Counted from the whole stretch's first letter, positions 1 through 13,772 are shown. The stretch: 61,789 nucleotides of DNA, filler included, from Hausera hauseri (GCA_046269625.1; 12 parts of 12 records of this genome joined end to end with filler, not necessarily neighbours in it), one strand, 5' to 3'. Program-made: numbers and translations. The notes: a model not told the origin generated them from the letters alone.

Positions 1-317
1 GAATGTGGCACTGTCTTAAAAGCAACCATTTTGAACAACTGTTTTGGACAACTGTTTTATCTAGTTAAAAGAAATATTTTGAACTCGTACTGTGCATAAT
101 CTTTTTCGTAATTCTGTTATTTCTTGTTTCTGATATACTGTTTTCGCATTTTTTATTCGGTTCAATGGCATAATGAATATACGAAACCAGGATCTTCTAT
201 AATTTTACTCTCCGAATCAAGATTTTCGACCGAACCACCGGGCTGTTGCTAAACCGAATATTGGAACATTAAAAGGCACTGTTTGACTTTCATTAGGTCA
301 AATTTATCATAGACTAC

Positions 318-481
318 TGTAGCTATATTATGGAACGATGAGATAAGAAACGATAAAAGAGTATCAAATCGTTGGCAATTACAAAGGCAAATAAAAACAA
401 AAAACAAAGAAAAACAGAACAATGCATTTAGAGGTCAATACAAATTTGGTCAAAAGAGCACGGTCCTTGTTAAGCACAACA
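318..481 (-). repeat. Putative 3' LTR of copy A
   Basis: Starts TG right after GGGGGTTGA, matching the TGTAGTGCC starts of copies E, G and J. The far end (TAGCTACA at 318-325) is tentative because no second LTR is available. Confidence 0.5.
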
Positions 482-3400
482 TCAACCCCCGTGGCAAAGC
501 AACGACTAGAGAGGTAAGAAAATATAAAATGTGTAGAAACGGTGTAGGCTGTCTAAGTGGTCTTTGTGTGAATAAGACGTTGTACCCCTGCATTGTTAAT
601 CTCCTTACTGTAGGTACTAAATGTGACTGATTCGCAATTTTTCGATGTATTTGAATCTGGTTGCAGATGTGATTGAGGTAAAACAATGTCGAATTTCGTC
701 GTTGAAGGTGTTGTGTCATTCAGAGACGAGAAAGGAGCTGGAGGAGGGGATGTAGGAGGAAAGAAAGGAAAGGTTGGAAGGTTAGTAGAAGGAGAGTTTG
801 GAGCAGGTTCTGGTAAAGGAGTACGTGTAGGGGTCGGAATAGAAAAAGGAAAAGGCGGAGGAGTCAGAAAGGGGATAAAAGATTCAATTTGGACGGTATC
901 ATCTACAAAAAAGGCAGGCTTTACGTTGTTGATATGCACCGCTAGTTTCTTACCGTCTTTAGAAATTATGGCATTGTGAGAGTGCAATGAACGAGTTTGT
1001 AGGGCCACACATACCGTGCTTGAAAACCGCACGGTGTCTGGTTTCTCAGCCAGACTAACTTTACCGAATATAAATCGTCGGGTATGTACGTTTTATTGTT
1101 ATGTATTATTCTGCAGAATGAATCTTTGCTGACTGAAACAAAATGATTCTGTGCCGTTCGGATAGCTTCGTCTGTAGGTGTATCTTCCAGGGTAGTTAAC
1201 TAAAATAATGAACGTACAGGTGCTCCCAAGAGGGCTTCCTAAGGTAAACAACCTGTAGAAGTAGGAGTGTTTCGCCAACCCAGTAGAACTAACGGAAGAA
1301 GAGCAGTCCAACTGCTATTGAATTAAGCGAGTATTCTCAGTGACGTTTTCAGCGTTCTGTGGAATCTCTCTAGAAGGCCATTCGATTGTAGGTGATACGG
1401 TGTTGTATGTATATGGTTAATTCCTAATCGGTTAACAAGTGGTTTAAACAAGTTAGACTCAATCTGCGTACCTTGGTCCGTAATAATGAACCTAGGCGAT
1501 CTAAACCCGCTGATCCAAGTGCGTATGAAAAACGTCGGCTATTGTGTCAGTGTTAGTGCTTTGTAGAGGGACAGCTTCTGGCCATCGTGAGGAACGATCC
1601 ATCATGGTTGTCAGGAGGAAGAGAGTCAATAAGATCTATATGTACGGACTCGAAACGCGATGTGCAAGGGAAATGATACAGAGGTGGCTTTAAATGCTTG
1701 ATAGTTTTAAATTTTTGGTAGGCCACACATTCTTTAACCCACGCTTGCACATCAGAACGCATAGACGGCCAGATAACCTGTCGGCGAAGCAAGTGAAATG
1801 TGGCCTTGGCACCAGGGTGGTGTAGTGAATGTACGCTGAAGAATGCCTGTTTTTGCAAGGCAGGAGACAAGACTATTTTAGACTGCGTGGTTTAGACGTG
1901 TCGAAAGCCACGCCGTCAATGATATTGTAGGATCTAAGAGATTTAAGCATGTCTGTAGGTGGTTGGTTTTCTTGCAGCTGATGTTGTGTGAAAATAGGCC
2001 TAAACTTAATTGAGCTAACGGATCTTAAAAGAAAGTCGGCGACTAAGTTATATACACCGTTAATGTGTTTGATCTCGAAATTAAACATCGACAGGTGTCA
2101 GATCTGTCGTTTCTGTCGAGATGATGGGTATTTTATTGTCATTATATTGATTAAAGGCTTGTGGTCGATCTGTATGGTAAAGTGACGAGCAGTAAGTAGA
2201 TGGGAGAAATGTTTCAATGCGAGAACTATGGCCAATAGCTCTCGGTCAAACGTTGAGTACCTAGTTTCAGGAGGTGTCAATTTGCGTGAGAAAAACTCCA
2301 AAGGCTGGTTCTGTCCTTTATGGATTTTATAAAGTACGCGGCTACAGCGGTGGTGGAGGCGTCTGTAGTGAGGATAAGCTGTGCATCATGTTTGGGGAAA
2401 GCTAATATTTCGACAGTTTTAAACCTTCTCTTAGTTTTTCAAATTTGTTAACTAGTTCAGGCGTCCATTGTATTGGCTCGTGGTTTTTTCACTATTGAGG
2501 TGAGCAAATGGTGCGGTAAGTTCGGAGCAGTACGTCACATACTTGTGAACGAAGTGCAAAGTGCCACAAAATCTCCGCATTTCTGTTGTTTTTCGAAGTA
2601 GCTGCACATTTTAGGGCTTCAACTCAATCGGTCTGAGGTGAGTGACCTTCGGAAAAAATAATATGACCAAGGAAATTTATAAGTTTCTGGAAAGTGTAAT
2701 GTGGCGAAATTTATCTGCAGGTTATGTTGGTGTAAACGTTGAAATATTGATCTGAGGTGTTTCTCGTGTTGTTGGGTCGAAGAGGAAACAATTAATATGT
2801 CATCGATATAGGGGTGAGTATATGGGAAATTAGAAAGTATAGCATCGATGTGGCGTTGAAAGGTCTGCACAGCATTCTGTAGGCCGAAAGGCATGTACAG
2901 ACATTCATAAAGGCCAAAAGGAGTAGTGATGGCTGTTTTTTCGATATCCTCAGGTGCCACAGGAATCTGGTAATAGGCTTTGGATAAATCAATGGTAGAA
3001 TAAATTGTACAGGAATTGAGACGGTGTAAGATATCTTTAATGAGTGGCAGCGGGTATGAATCCATTATAGTCAGTGTTCAACTGGCGATAATCACAACAT
3101 GGTCTAAAAGTTCCATTCTTCTTTTGCACGACATGCAATGGCGACGACCACGGGGATTTGGAGAAACGTACAATACCGGAGCGTTTGAGGTCTAGAAATT
3201 CGGCTTCAACGGCCTGTCTACGACGAGGAGACGCACTTTCTGGCGGATAGGTCTCTGATATTGTGTTATAATGTGGTGAAAGTGGTATTTGCTGGTGTAA
3301 AATACCTGTCTTTTTGAATAATTCTAGAACAAAATACATTGATGAATTGCTGCAGACTTGAAGGTAATTGTGAAAAGTTCCGTGGGAGTGAGGAGGTTTT

Positions 3401-4720
3401 ATCAGTAATTGTGGTTGTATCAGTAACAGTAGCAAATTGGGCGTTATTTGGTGATAGAAAATGAATTGGTATTCGATGCAGGATGGTAGTATTGAAGATG
3501 GTATTGCAAACGGTAGTGTTATTTAGTGATTTGGCAGTGTTAACGGAATCACGGTTATCGCCGTGCAATCCCCAATCGTCAGTAACATTGTTTTTCAATA
3601 ATTTATAAAACAAATCACCATGGGTGTAAAAGTGGTTTGTTCAACGGTTTTTAATATCGGTTTTCGACTTGCGTTCACCCGCACGACAGACGAAATGGTA
3701 TCGACGTAATCGAATCGCTCATTATTGCAACGTTGTTTGCAATCGACAAGGAGATTATAGTGCGAAAGAAAGTCGGATCCTAAAATGACTGTCTGGAGGT
3801 TTGCAACGGTAAACGTCCAGTCGAACGTTTGAGTAAATTTCGGAAGGGTAAAAGAAAGCCATCATGCACCGGAAACATGTAGCGGTTGTCCGGAATCTGT
3901 AAATAGAATTTTATTTTGGGATGAAGTGTATTGAGTTGGAAATGTAAGAGGCAGTAAAGAAATCTCTGTACCTGAATCGATAGGGTAGTCTATGTGGCGA
4001 GTTGTTGGTAACGTAGTTACTGCTGTTAATGTAAATATGGCGAAAGAAAGTTTTCGGCTGGTAAAAACTGGAGAATAACCTTCTCCAGGACTCGCCGTAA
4101 GATCTGGAGGCGGAACTATTTTTTTGGAAGTGGTGAATATGGACGGCTGTTAGAAAGTAAGAGAAAACGTCCGACGTTCGTATGTTGAGTGTTGCTTCTA
4201 AAGGTACAACCAGGGTTACACTTATGTGCATCATTCTTAAACTTTGCGTGGTAAATACAAATAAAGTTGTTAACTTGATACTTTTGCCTGTAAAAGCGGC
4301 ACTCGAGATGATATTTTGTGCTTTATGAGCAAAGCTATCGTGGTAAAAACAGGTCAGTGATCGCGCAGGGGAAGGTGAACGACCGCTGGGTACAGGGTGT
4401 GTGCGATTGGAGGCGGAACCCTTTCGTCGAATCAGAGATTTCATTTAACCTATCGTTGATATTGTTTATTGTACTATGTAGGGCTGCGTTTTCGGGTCTC
4501 AACTGTTGTATTTGACATTCTAATGTGTTGTCGTTTGCTGTAAGCTCTGCAGAAATGACAGGTTGTGTGTTTTGATGTAAAATCTGCAAGTTCGGCTAAC
4601 TTGTCTAATCCTGTCGATTCCTCGACGACGGTAAGCAGGGCCGTGATCTGAATCGGTAATGCGTTTAGAAAGTAACGTCGTAAGAGATCAGAATTATTTT
4701 GTTTTGTAACGCCGATTGAT
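318..4720 (-). mobile_element. Ty3/Gypsy LTR retrotransposon, CsRn1-like family 1, copy A (decayed, 5'-truncated by contig end)
   Basis: Minus-strand order: Gag end with CHCC knuckles (4200-4355), protease IDSGTEISLLP (~3960-3990), RT (YPLP, YIDD; 2619-3065), RNase H (FDRELLAI, DHKPL; 2098-2301), integrase (HSLHHPG; 553-1870), G-rich tract 482-490, then TGTTGTGC. Many stops and frameshifts. Confidence 0.93.
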
Positions 4721-4820
4721 NNNNNNNNNNNNNNNNNNNNNNNNNNNNNNNNNNNNNNNNNNNNTTAATTAATTAANNNNNNNNNNNNNNNNNNNNNNNN
4801 NNNNNNNNNNNNNNNNNNNN
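4721..4820. other. Artificial contig spacer (first of 11)
   Basis: N44-TTAATTAATTAA-N44 (stops in all frames). Same 100-nt spacer at 9405-9504, 16325-16424, 20511-20610, 27198-27297, 33796-33895, 37969-38068, 43404-43503, 47777-47876, 52110-52209, 57497-57596. Separate 10-N scaffold gaps at 20857-20866 and 48615-48624. Confidence 0.98.
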
Positions 4821-6248
4821 GGGCATGTCGGATCATGGAAGGGGCATGTCGGATCATTAAAGGGGCACATTTTCTGTTAAGGTTGGGTATCTTAAGGACA
4901 CTGGAGGTGGTTTAGGTCATCTTCTTCATATTTAGGGGCATGTTAGATCATGGAAGTGGGATGTCGGATCATTAAAGGGACACATTTTCTGTTAAGGTTA
5001 TGTATCTTAAGGACACTGGAGGTGCTTTAGCTCATCTTCTTCATGTAAAGGGGCATGTCGAATCATGGAAGGGGCATGTCGATCATTAAAGGGACACGTT
5101 TTCTGTTATGGTTTGGTATTTTAGGGACAGTGGAGGTAGTTTAGGCCATCTTCTTCATATTAAGGGGCATGTCGGATCATGGAAGGGGCATGTCGGATCA
5201 TTAAAGGGGTACAGTTTCTGATAAGGTTGGGTATCCTAAGGACACTGGAGGTGGTTTAGGTCATCCTCTTCATGTATATGGGAGCATGTTGGTCATGGAA
5301 GGGTCATATTTTCTGGTAAGCTTGGATGTATGTAGGGAGCTGGCGAGGGTTTAGGTTGTCTAACTCATGCTTGAGTATGTGTATGGGAACAACAAAGGTC
5401 ATGGAAGAGGCAAGTTTTCGGTTATAGTTCGGTTTCTTAAGGATGCTGGCGGTGATTAGATCGTTTCCTCATGCTTGGACATGTCTACGGAAGCAAGTTG
5501 GGTCATGGAAGGGACATGTTAGATATCGTAAGGGTGCTGGTGATGGTTTAGGTCGTCATCTTCATGTTTATGGGAGCAAGTCGGGTCATGGAAGGGACAT
5601 ATTTTCCGTAAAGGTTGGGTTTCTTGAAGGTACTGGAGGTGGTTTAGGTTTCGAATAAGTCTGGTCATGGAATTGACATATTTTCTGTTAAAGTTGTGTT
5701 TCTTAAGGCTGCTGGTGTTGCTTTAGGTCGCCTTCCTCATGCTTGAGCACGTTTATGGGAGCAAGTCGGGTCATAGAAAGGTCCTGGAAGTGGTTTAGAT
5801 CATCGTCTTCATGCGTATGGGACCAAGTCTGGTCATGGAAGTGATATATATTTTCTGGTAAGTTTGTGTTTCATAAGGGCATTGGAGGTGGTTTAGATCG
5901 TCTTCCTCATGATCGGGCATGGTCATGGGAGCAAGTCGGGTCATGGAAGGATGCTGTTGGTCATGGACATAGGAACAAGTTGGGTCATGGAAGGGTGCTG
6001 GAGGATTTTAGGTCGTCTTTTTCATGTATATGGGAGCAAGCCTGGTCATGAAAGGGACATATTTTCTGTTAAGGTTGCGTTTCTTAAGGGTGCTGGTAAT
6101 GGTTAGGTCCTCTTTCTCATGCTTGAGCATGTTCATGGGAGCAAGTCGGTTATGGAATGGTAATATTTTCGGTTAAGGTTGTGTTTCTTATGGGTGCTGG
6201 CAGTGCAGTAGGTCGTCTTCTTCATGTTTATGCATACTTTTGGGAGCA
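4821..6248 (+). repeat. Degenerate satellite array, ~60-115-bp units (left arm of inverted structure)
   Basis: Recurring modules GGGAGCAAGTCGGGTCATGGAA, ATTTTCTGTTAAGGTTG and GGAGGTGGTTTAGGTCGTCTTC. Confidence 0.92.
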
Positions 6249-6249
6249 C

Positions 6250-6830
6250 GTGTCAGCAGTTTTCAAACTTTGGTATGTTTGTAAGTTTTCATGTCGGCGA
6301 TGTTCCAAAACTCAGATTTTCATGTTAGAATTTTTTTCACACTGACAAGTTTTCATGTCGACAACTTTTGTGTCGTCAACTTTCATGACGACAACTTTCG
6401 TGTTGTCAACGTTTATGTCAGCGACTTTGGTATGTCAGTAAGTTTTCATGTCGGAGATGTTCCACGTCTCAAGTTTTCATGTCAGGATTTTTCACATCGA
6501 CAAGTTTGCAAGACGGCAATGTTTATGTCAACAACTGTTGTGTCGACAACTTTCGTGTCGACAACGTTCATGTCAGCGATTTTATGATACCGACGTCTTT
6601 TTATGTTGGCTATTTTCTTGTTGTGCGTTGTCATGTTGACAACTTTCGTGTCATCAACTTGCATGTTGATAATTTTCGTGTCGTCAACTTTCATGTTGGT
6701 GACTTTGTCATGTCAGCTACTTCTCATGTCGATAACTTCCATGTTGACAACTTTCATACATTCATGTTGTTGTCTTTGTAATGACGAACAGTTTTCACGT
6801 TGGCATTTCTTCATGCTCAACATTTCCACC
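6250..6830 (+). repeat. ~15-bp minisatellite (GTCGACAACTTTCAT/CGT)
   Basis: Many degenerate copies, which produce the VDNFH/VVNFR-repeat ORFs in the ORF track. Confidence 0.88.
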
Positions 6831-6884
6831 GTACTTTTAAGAAGTTCCTCTCGGACGAAAAGACATTTTTTGCACACGACACAC

Positions 6885-8280
6885 TGCTCCCATGGCCATA
6901 CCCAATCATGAGGAAGACGATCTAAACCACCTCCAGTGCCCCTATGAAACACAACCTTAACAGAAAATATGTCACTTCCATGACCCGACGTGGTCCCATA
7001 AGCATAAAGACGACGATCTAAACCACCTCCAGCACCCTTCTATGACCCGACTTGCTCCCATAAACATGCTCAGGCATGAGGAGGACGACCTAAAGCACCA
7101 CCAGCACCCTTAAGAAACACAATGTTAACAGAAATCTGTCAATTCCATGACTAGACTTATTCCCATAAGCATGAAGACGACGACCTAAACCACCTCCAGT
7201 ACCTTCAAGAAACCCAACCTTAACGGAAACGTATGTCCCTTCCATGACCAGACTTGCTCCCATAAATATGAAAAAGACGACCTAAACCACCTCCAGCACC
7301 CTTCCATGACCCGACTTGTTCCGACAAACATGAAGACGACGGCCTAAAACGTCTTCATTAATCTCTTGCATGTCCTAACTTGCTCCCAAAGACATGAAGA
7401 AGACGACCTAAACCATCTCCAGTCCCTTACGATACCCAACTTTAACAGAAAATATGACCCTCCAATGACCCGACTTGCTCCCATAAGCATGTTCAAGCAT
7501 GAGGAAGACGATCTAACCCACCGCCAGCCCCCTTAAAACACCCAACCTTAACAGAAAATATAACCCTTCCATGTCCCGACTTGCTCCCAAGGACATGCTC
7601 AAACATGACGAAGACGACATAAAAACCGCCAGTATCCCTAAGAAACACAATCTTAACAGAAAATATGCCACTTCCATGATCCGACTGGCTCTCATGAGCA
7701 TGCCCAATCATAAGGAAGACGACCTAAACACCACCAGTACCCCTAAGAAACCCAACCTTAACAGAAAAATGTTATATTTCCATGATCCGACATGCCTCTA
7801 AACATGAAGAAGATGACCTAAACCACCTAAGTACCCATAAGATGGCAACCTTAACAAAAAATATGACACTTCCATGTCCCAACATGCCCCTAAACATGAA
7901 GAAGATGACCTAAACCACCTCCATTACCCTTAAGATACCCAACCATAACAGAAATTATGGGCCTTCCATTCCCGGTCTTGCTTCCAAAGACATACTCAAG
8001 CATGCAGAAGACGACCTAAACCACCGCCAGCACCCTTAAGAAACGCAATCTTAACAGAAAATATGACCCTTCCATGACCAAACTTGTTCCCAAAGACATG
8101 TTCAAGCATAAAGAAGACGACCTAACCCAACGCCTGCACCCTTGAGTAACGCAACCTTAACAGAAAATATTATCCTTCCATGACCCAACTTGCTCCCAAA
8201 GAAGTAAACAAGCATAAGGAAGACGACCTAAACCACCACCAGCACCCTTACGAAACGCAACCTTAACAGAAAGGATGACA
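6885..8280 (-). repeat. Same satellite in reverse orientation (right arm)
   Basis: Modules TTCCATGACCCGACTTGCTCCC, CAACCTTAACAGAAAAT and GAAGACGACCTAAACCACC are reverse complements of the left-arm modules. Confidence 0.92.
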
Positions 8281-8703
8281 CCCCTAACAATACTACCCCT
8301 CAAACGACACGGTACATGATGATATCTAGACATAACATGCCACGAACCCTGACACATCACCTCTCCTCATGGGAAACACTATACATAGACATGGCGGTGC
8401 CAGAAGGTCTTGGTCGCCAATAACTCGGACAATGCTACCCCTTATACGACCTGGCACATGTAAAACATAGACATAACACGTCATAACCCCCGTCTCATCA
8501 CCTTTCCTCATGGGAATCAATAAACCAAAGCATGGAGGTGTCCGAAGCTCTTGGTCCCTAATAACGCTAACAGTGCTACCATTATACGACATGGCACATG
8601 ATAATATCTTGACCTAACACGTCATAACCCCGCCTCATCACTCCTCCTCATGGAAAACAATGCACGTAAGCATGGAGGTATTCGAAGGTCTTGGTCAGTA
8701 AAT
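8281..8703. repeat. Three tandem copies of a ~142-bp unit
   Basis: Anchor ACAaT(a/g)CTACC recurs at ~8287, ~8429 and ~8570, each unit containing CTCATGG and TCTTGGTC. Confidence 0.88.
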
Positions 8704-10572
8704 CCTACGAGAAACGCTTCGAGATTTCTCGATAATCAGATCATAGAGTATCTTATACACAACGAAGAACGTTCGTCTTCATAGTTAGAGGCCTCATCGT
8801 CAGTATCTGTATCAGTCGTGTGTAGTCGGAGAAGTTCAGTAATCTCACGGCAGTTGTCCGCCGCATTTGACATCAATGTTTACCGTCGCCGGTACAGAGA
8901 GGAGAGCGAATGGTGGTGAAACTGTAAAGGTTCAGTGAGTACTTTATGTACTGTAAACTGTGTGTAGTAAAGATAGGTCTAGACTACAAACGGTGATGAT
9001 GATCATGGCTGACTAAGACACTGGATGCATGTCTACTTAAATATCTGGTGATTAGCCGTACAGACATACTTGTAAGAAGGAGAATTAAAATATTAAGAAC
9101 AGTTTGGGTTGACATTTAAATATAAAAGAAGATTAACTTTAAAAGAAGAAAAGACTGAAATTTATGTCATTCAAAATAGCGAAGGTCAATGGACAATGGA
9201 AGTGACACTGGACTACCGGAAAGTAATGGTAGCCAGTAACAAGGGAGATTAGTTAATTAGTCTTTAATAAGTTAGAGACAGATTTAGTCTAGAAGATCGA
9301 GAATGTTGATGCATGAACATTTAAGTTAGAGTCACACAAGAAGTGACATTTAGTTTATTGAGATATTTGACATATTTATATGTGTCCATTGTATGTTGTA
9401 TGTTNNNNNNNNNNNNNNNNNNNNNNNNNNNNNNNNNNNNNNNNNNNNTTAATTAATTAANNNNNNNNNNNNNNNNNNNNNNNNNNNNNNNNNNNNNNNN
9501 NNNNGATCTCACAGGGTGAATATGAACTCCTGGGCAAAACTTTACGAGTGATGTAACGTATCTACAGAAGCAATAATTCCTCATAGAAAGTATGGTGGGG
9601 ACGCAAGAAGTGAGCCGTTATAGGAGCTAGAAGTTACTGTCACAGGTAAATTGGATTTGTTTAAAGTTTTTTTAGAGGGGGAAAACTGATTGCCTCATAT
9701 CTTGTATGATCTAAAAACAAAATGTATGCTATTTTATTTTTTAATGTTCTTCATACTGCAAGCATATTTGTTCCGTGTGAAAGGTATTTATGTTTTCCAT
9801 CACAGATCCTAATAAGCTTTGTGTAGATGATATGAATTTTTCCAGGGCAGCAGCCACTACACAGTGATGCTTTGTTTATTAGTATTATCTCTGGTGCTTT
9901 ATTAAAATGAATGCTTGTTGCTGTTTGTGCTTGCAGTATACAGAAATGTTTCTGTTGCTTTCTTAAATTTCTGCAACCACATACGCAGTGCATGCAAATG
10001 CATTCAAGGGTAGAGCAGTATTGATATGGGAATGCTTACTGACTGCTGGCAGGGTTAACCTAGCTGTCAGAAAGTTCATGCCCAGCAAGTCACCCATGTT
10101 CTGGATTGCAGGGGTTAATATATTGATAAGTTCACATCACCTGAATGTTAATTATTTAGGAAAACTGTAAATTTTCTTTCATTTCCATTTCTTTCTATAT
10201 TTATATCTTTTATAGATCATCTTCTAAGAAAAAGACAGTTCAAATAATTTGTTCATTTTCTTTTACGTGTAAGAAAATGAACTTACTATCTTCCAAAATG
10301 CCCTCTTGCATCTTTACATCTGAGATGCTGTCTGTGTTTTCACTCATGACCATATGCAGCAATGTGTAGGGTCTCTGCAGAGATAAAGTTTACTTTCTGC
10401 ATGAACTACCTGCACTCTCTCATCAGCTTCCTGGAATGCTTCATGCTTCTTTTTTTTAAATCATAAGCTGAAGCTAGTAGATGCGGGTTACAATGCATTT
10501 TGAGAAAATATTAAGCTGCTGCAAATCTGCTGGCTTTAAAAAACTGCTATGCTATTTTGAAGATTAGAACTA

Positions 10573-11062
10573 TTGACTTCAAAAATGAATCACCTCTGAA
10601 AATTTTTCACATTGTGCGTATTATTTTCCATAAGTTACTGAATTTATTGTTAAAAAACTGATGGGAGAAAAGAATTGTAAATGTTGACTTTGAAAATAAA
10701 TCACCTCCAAAGTTGAACATAGTTCATTGTGTAGCAATAAGAAAAGTGTGAGATGGAGGAAGAAAAGTGACACTTTCTCCACTTCCCTTCACTACAAATA
10801 ATTTTATTTATTTAGCACCTACAAAATAGTTGATTGTAATATTCTAAAGTTGCTGACCTTATTGCTGGATAATGGAACGATTTCACGAACCACTCTCACT
10901 TCAGGTTGACTCTAGAAGACCCCAAGATGTTGCTCAACAACTTTGACCAACATCTGATGTTGACTTTCAAAATAAATCACCTCCAAAGGTTGACTTTCAA
11001 AATAAATCACCTCCAAAGTTTGACATAGTTCATTGTAATATTCAACAGTTGCTGACCTTGTT
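10573..11062. repeat. Dispersed and tandem ~30-bp repeat GTTGACTTTCAAAATAAATCACCTCCAAAG with a duplicated flank
   Basis: Copies at ~10573, ~10683, ~10959 and ~10989; ATTGTAATATTC..AGTTGCTGACCTT at ~10833 and ~11033. Confidence 0.75.
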
Positions 11063-13183
11063 ACGTACTTGATTTTGACGTAATATAGAAGATGTTACAT
11101 GTTGATATTAATTCTTTATTATTGCTACTGTGAAATTGTATGAAATTTAAAATATTTACTTGTTAAAGTAAACAAAAAACCACTAGAATGAGAATAATTT
11201 ATACAAGAAATATAAAAATTTAGGTCCAGAGAGAGAAGAGGATCTCTCCATATTAATTATTCGAGACTAATTCAAGTCTGAATATTAATTGTTTATTACG
11301 ACGGGTTCTTTTCTTTTTGAGTTAATTAAATACCAGTGTGACCAAGATGAAATGATAGTGAAATGAGTATGACATGAGAACGTTTATTATATTTGACCCA
11401 TCAGAATGAATGGAGTCATTTATTTAACGAATCAGATTAACATCATAACATTTACACATTGATTGGCTGTGATTCATTTCTTACAATAATATATCACAAG
11501 GTTGACGTGGGTTTTAGGACAACAGAAAGTAGTCATTAGATCTTTAATTAACTAAATCTGAAGGCACATTTAAACTTAGTTTACTGGCAAGGAGAGGTTT
11601 TAAAGAAAGTTTAAAGGGAGAGATACTGAGTGTTAAACTAAGGAGGAAGAGAAAAGGAGAGGATGGGTTTTAAAGGTGTATTATCTTGAAAATATGTCAA
11701 CCATCATGGCACGCTTTCCAGGGATTTCAGCCAAGCGCCGGTCCGTTCGGCAAGAAACGTTTTCGACTTTTACCTGGTGAAGGTCGATCAAGAATGGACG
11801 GTTTCCTTGACGTCCGACTAAGGAATTAAAGTCCGTTTTCACCTTTCAGCGTCTCCGGTTCGCCCGCTTCTCATCGGACCGAAATAGCGTTCATTTCTGG
11901 TTGGATTTTTCAAAATAAAATTATTCCTCTTTAAGGAGTTTCATTAAAAATGCTTGGAGCGTTACGCTCGGGCGGAATTTCAACGGCGTGTTGAAAATCC
12001 AAACTGTGAACGAGGTCTTTAACTCATGACTCGTCGTTCCCAGCTTAGGAAGAGTTGATTTCTCTTCATCTTCCTCTCAGCAAGACTCTTCAAGACTTGA
12101 GAGTTTCTAAGAACTGCCGATAGACAGGAAGTTGGAAGCTTATGAAGAAAAGCTTGCCTACCGAGATTTGGACTCTCCGATTGGTTAGTCCAAGAAGGAG
12201 GTGGGAGTGGTTAGTGATGTCAAGAAGTAACTTTAGTTCAAGCAGATGTCGAAGAGTGAAGAAGTTGTTTACAGCGTGCGAGGAGAATTGTTTTAGGAAA
12301 GAGAGGAGACAGCCTCGCCAGTTATGTCTATAAACTGATTAACTTGTCTGTAATTCTTCTAAACAAATTCTACAACTCACAATAACATAACCTTGATGTT
12401 TCATACCAAGTCTGAACGTTCACTTCTTGCATTTCGACAGAATAGAGGAATGAAGTTACTTTCAGTAAAAACATTTAACTTGTATGGTGAGGTTAAAAAT
12501 CATTAATACTGTTTCACAGATTTAGATTTAAATGATTACTTCAACATTAAAAATGATATGAAATAAAACATCTTCAAAAAAGAAAAAGATACACAAATTA
12601 AATTGTTGTTTTCTTTTTTTCTTAATTAATCACAGTTGATTTAAAATGTCATCACAATGACTTTGATTAGAGTCTTTGATTATCAAAATATTAAAAATAG
12701 TAATGATAATACCAGAAAGAAGATTGTTCTTCTGATTATTTGACTTAGCACAAAATTAAAAAGTCTCTTGATGAGATAATTTGTGTGCTGGATTCAAATG
12801 ATCAGGATTATAAGTTCTGTCCTTAAAGAAGGTCTTCTGGGACAAGATTGATGGAGGAGGTATAGTTCACTACATTACAAAAGTCAACAAACATATCAAA
12901 ACTAATTTATTTTACCATGATATGAACAGATACATTTCTCCAAAAACTGATATCAGTTTTAAAGTACAGACAGTTATAGTCATTTTCTCTGGCTTGTTAC
13001 AGGACCTCTTCTCTGAAATCTGTCTCCATACAATTTACCAGAAAAATAGTCAGTGAAGGTGCATAAACAAATGTAATTACAATAAAAATAGAAATCTTTC
13101 TGGTGTTACTGTGATAAAAACAGTTACATTATTCAAGTAGAATGGTAGCAAGGCTCACAGCATTGGAGCACTGAACGTGGGTT

Positions 13184-13294
13184 TCAAGAACACAACAGAC
13201 AGTTCCAGTTGTTTCCTCTTGCTTGTTCCAGGACTTCTTCACTGAAGCCTAGGCACTGCTCGTGGAACCATATCTCACATGAGTCACACTGGAT
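13184..13294 (-). CDS. Terminal exon, C-terminal half of a PHD finger
   Basis: ctgcag acceptor, then IQCDSCEIWFHEQCLGFSEEVLEQARGNNWNCLLCS* (37 codons). Confidence 0.8.
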   Translation of the reverse strand: MQCDSCEIWFHEQCLGFSEEVLEQARGNNWNCLLCS

Positions 13295-13707
13295 CTGCAG
13301 AATTAGTTAGAAAACTCATTTATTAAAGTTAAAAAGAATGTGTGTCTATTCCCATTTTAACATTACATTATCTCATTATTTTATCAAGTAATTCATTATC
13401 TTTTAGAAAACCATATGAAACAAGTAATTGTCAGTAAATCTCTAACTTTTGAACTTTGGTGTGGAAGTAGTTGAGATTCATCTAAACACATACACTTGAA
13501 TTGGATTTTGTACCAGGGACCTTCAGTACAAACATTCGTTCCACCTCATGTACCACGTGATGCGATTGACAATAAAGATACTTGAACCGTAAAACCTTAT
13601 CCACAGCATGCTATCAGATCCACCAGAATCACATAATTTTTTTTTACATATGTTGTGATACTATAATAAAAAACATACATACAACATCACCAAACAAATG
13701 TACTCAC

Positions 13708-13772
13708 CCAGTTTGTCACTGGAGGCCGTGCACCACGTGGTTTTGCCAAAGAACTCATGGAGCAGTTGTTGC
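13708..13772 (-). CDS. Internal exon, N-terminal part of the PHD finger
   Basis: ttcag acceptor and gtgagt donor; 65 nt, phase 1 in and phase 0 out; (G)NNCSMSSLAKPRGARPPVTNW, with the second Cys apparently changed to Ser (AGT). Confidence 0.72.

Noticed and set aside
686-979. Gly/Lys-rich ORF and similar short ORFs antisense to pol
   Set aside because: Shadows of the Pro/Ser-rich integrase linker and other TE coding strands.
4765-4776. Recurrent TTAATTAATTAA palindrome
   Set aside because: Always centred in identical N runs; a synthetic linker.
6291-6911. VDNFH-repeat protein ORFs
   Set aside because: Open in several frames and on both strands, as expected of a 15-bp minisatellite.
4821-8703. 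CRISPR-like or ribozyme-bearing array
   Set aside because: No unique spacers, no cas genes, and no hammerhead core seen in the units.
11200-12450. Possible LTR element remnant on the minus strand (RYFGP-like peptide)
   Set aside because: No continuous domain or paired terminus could be established.
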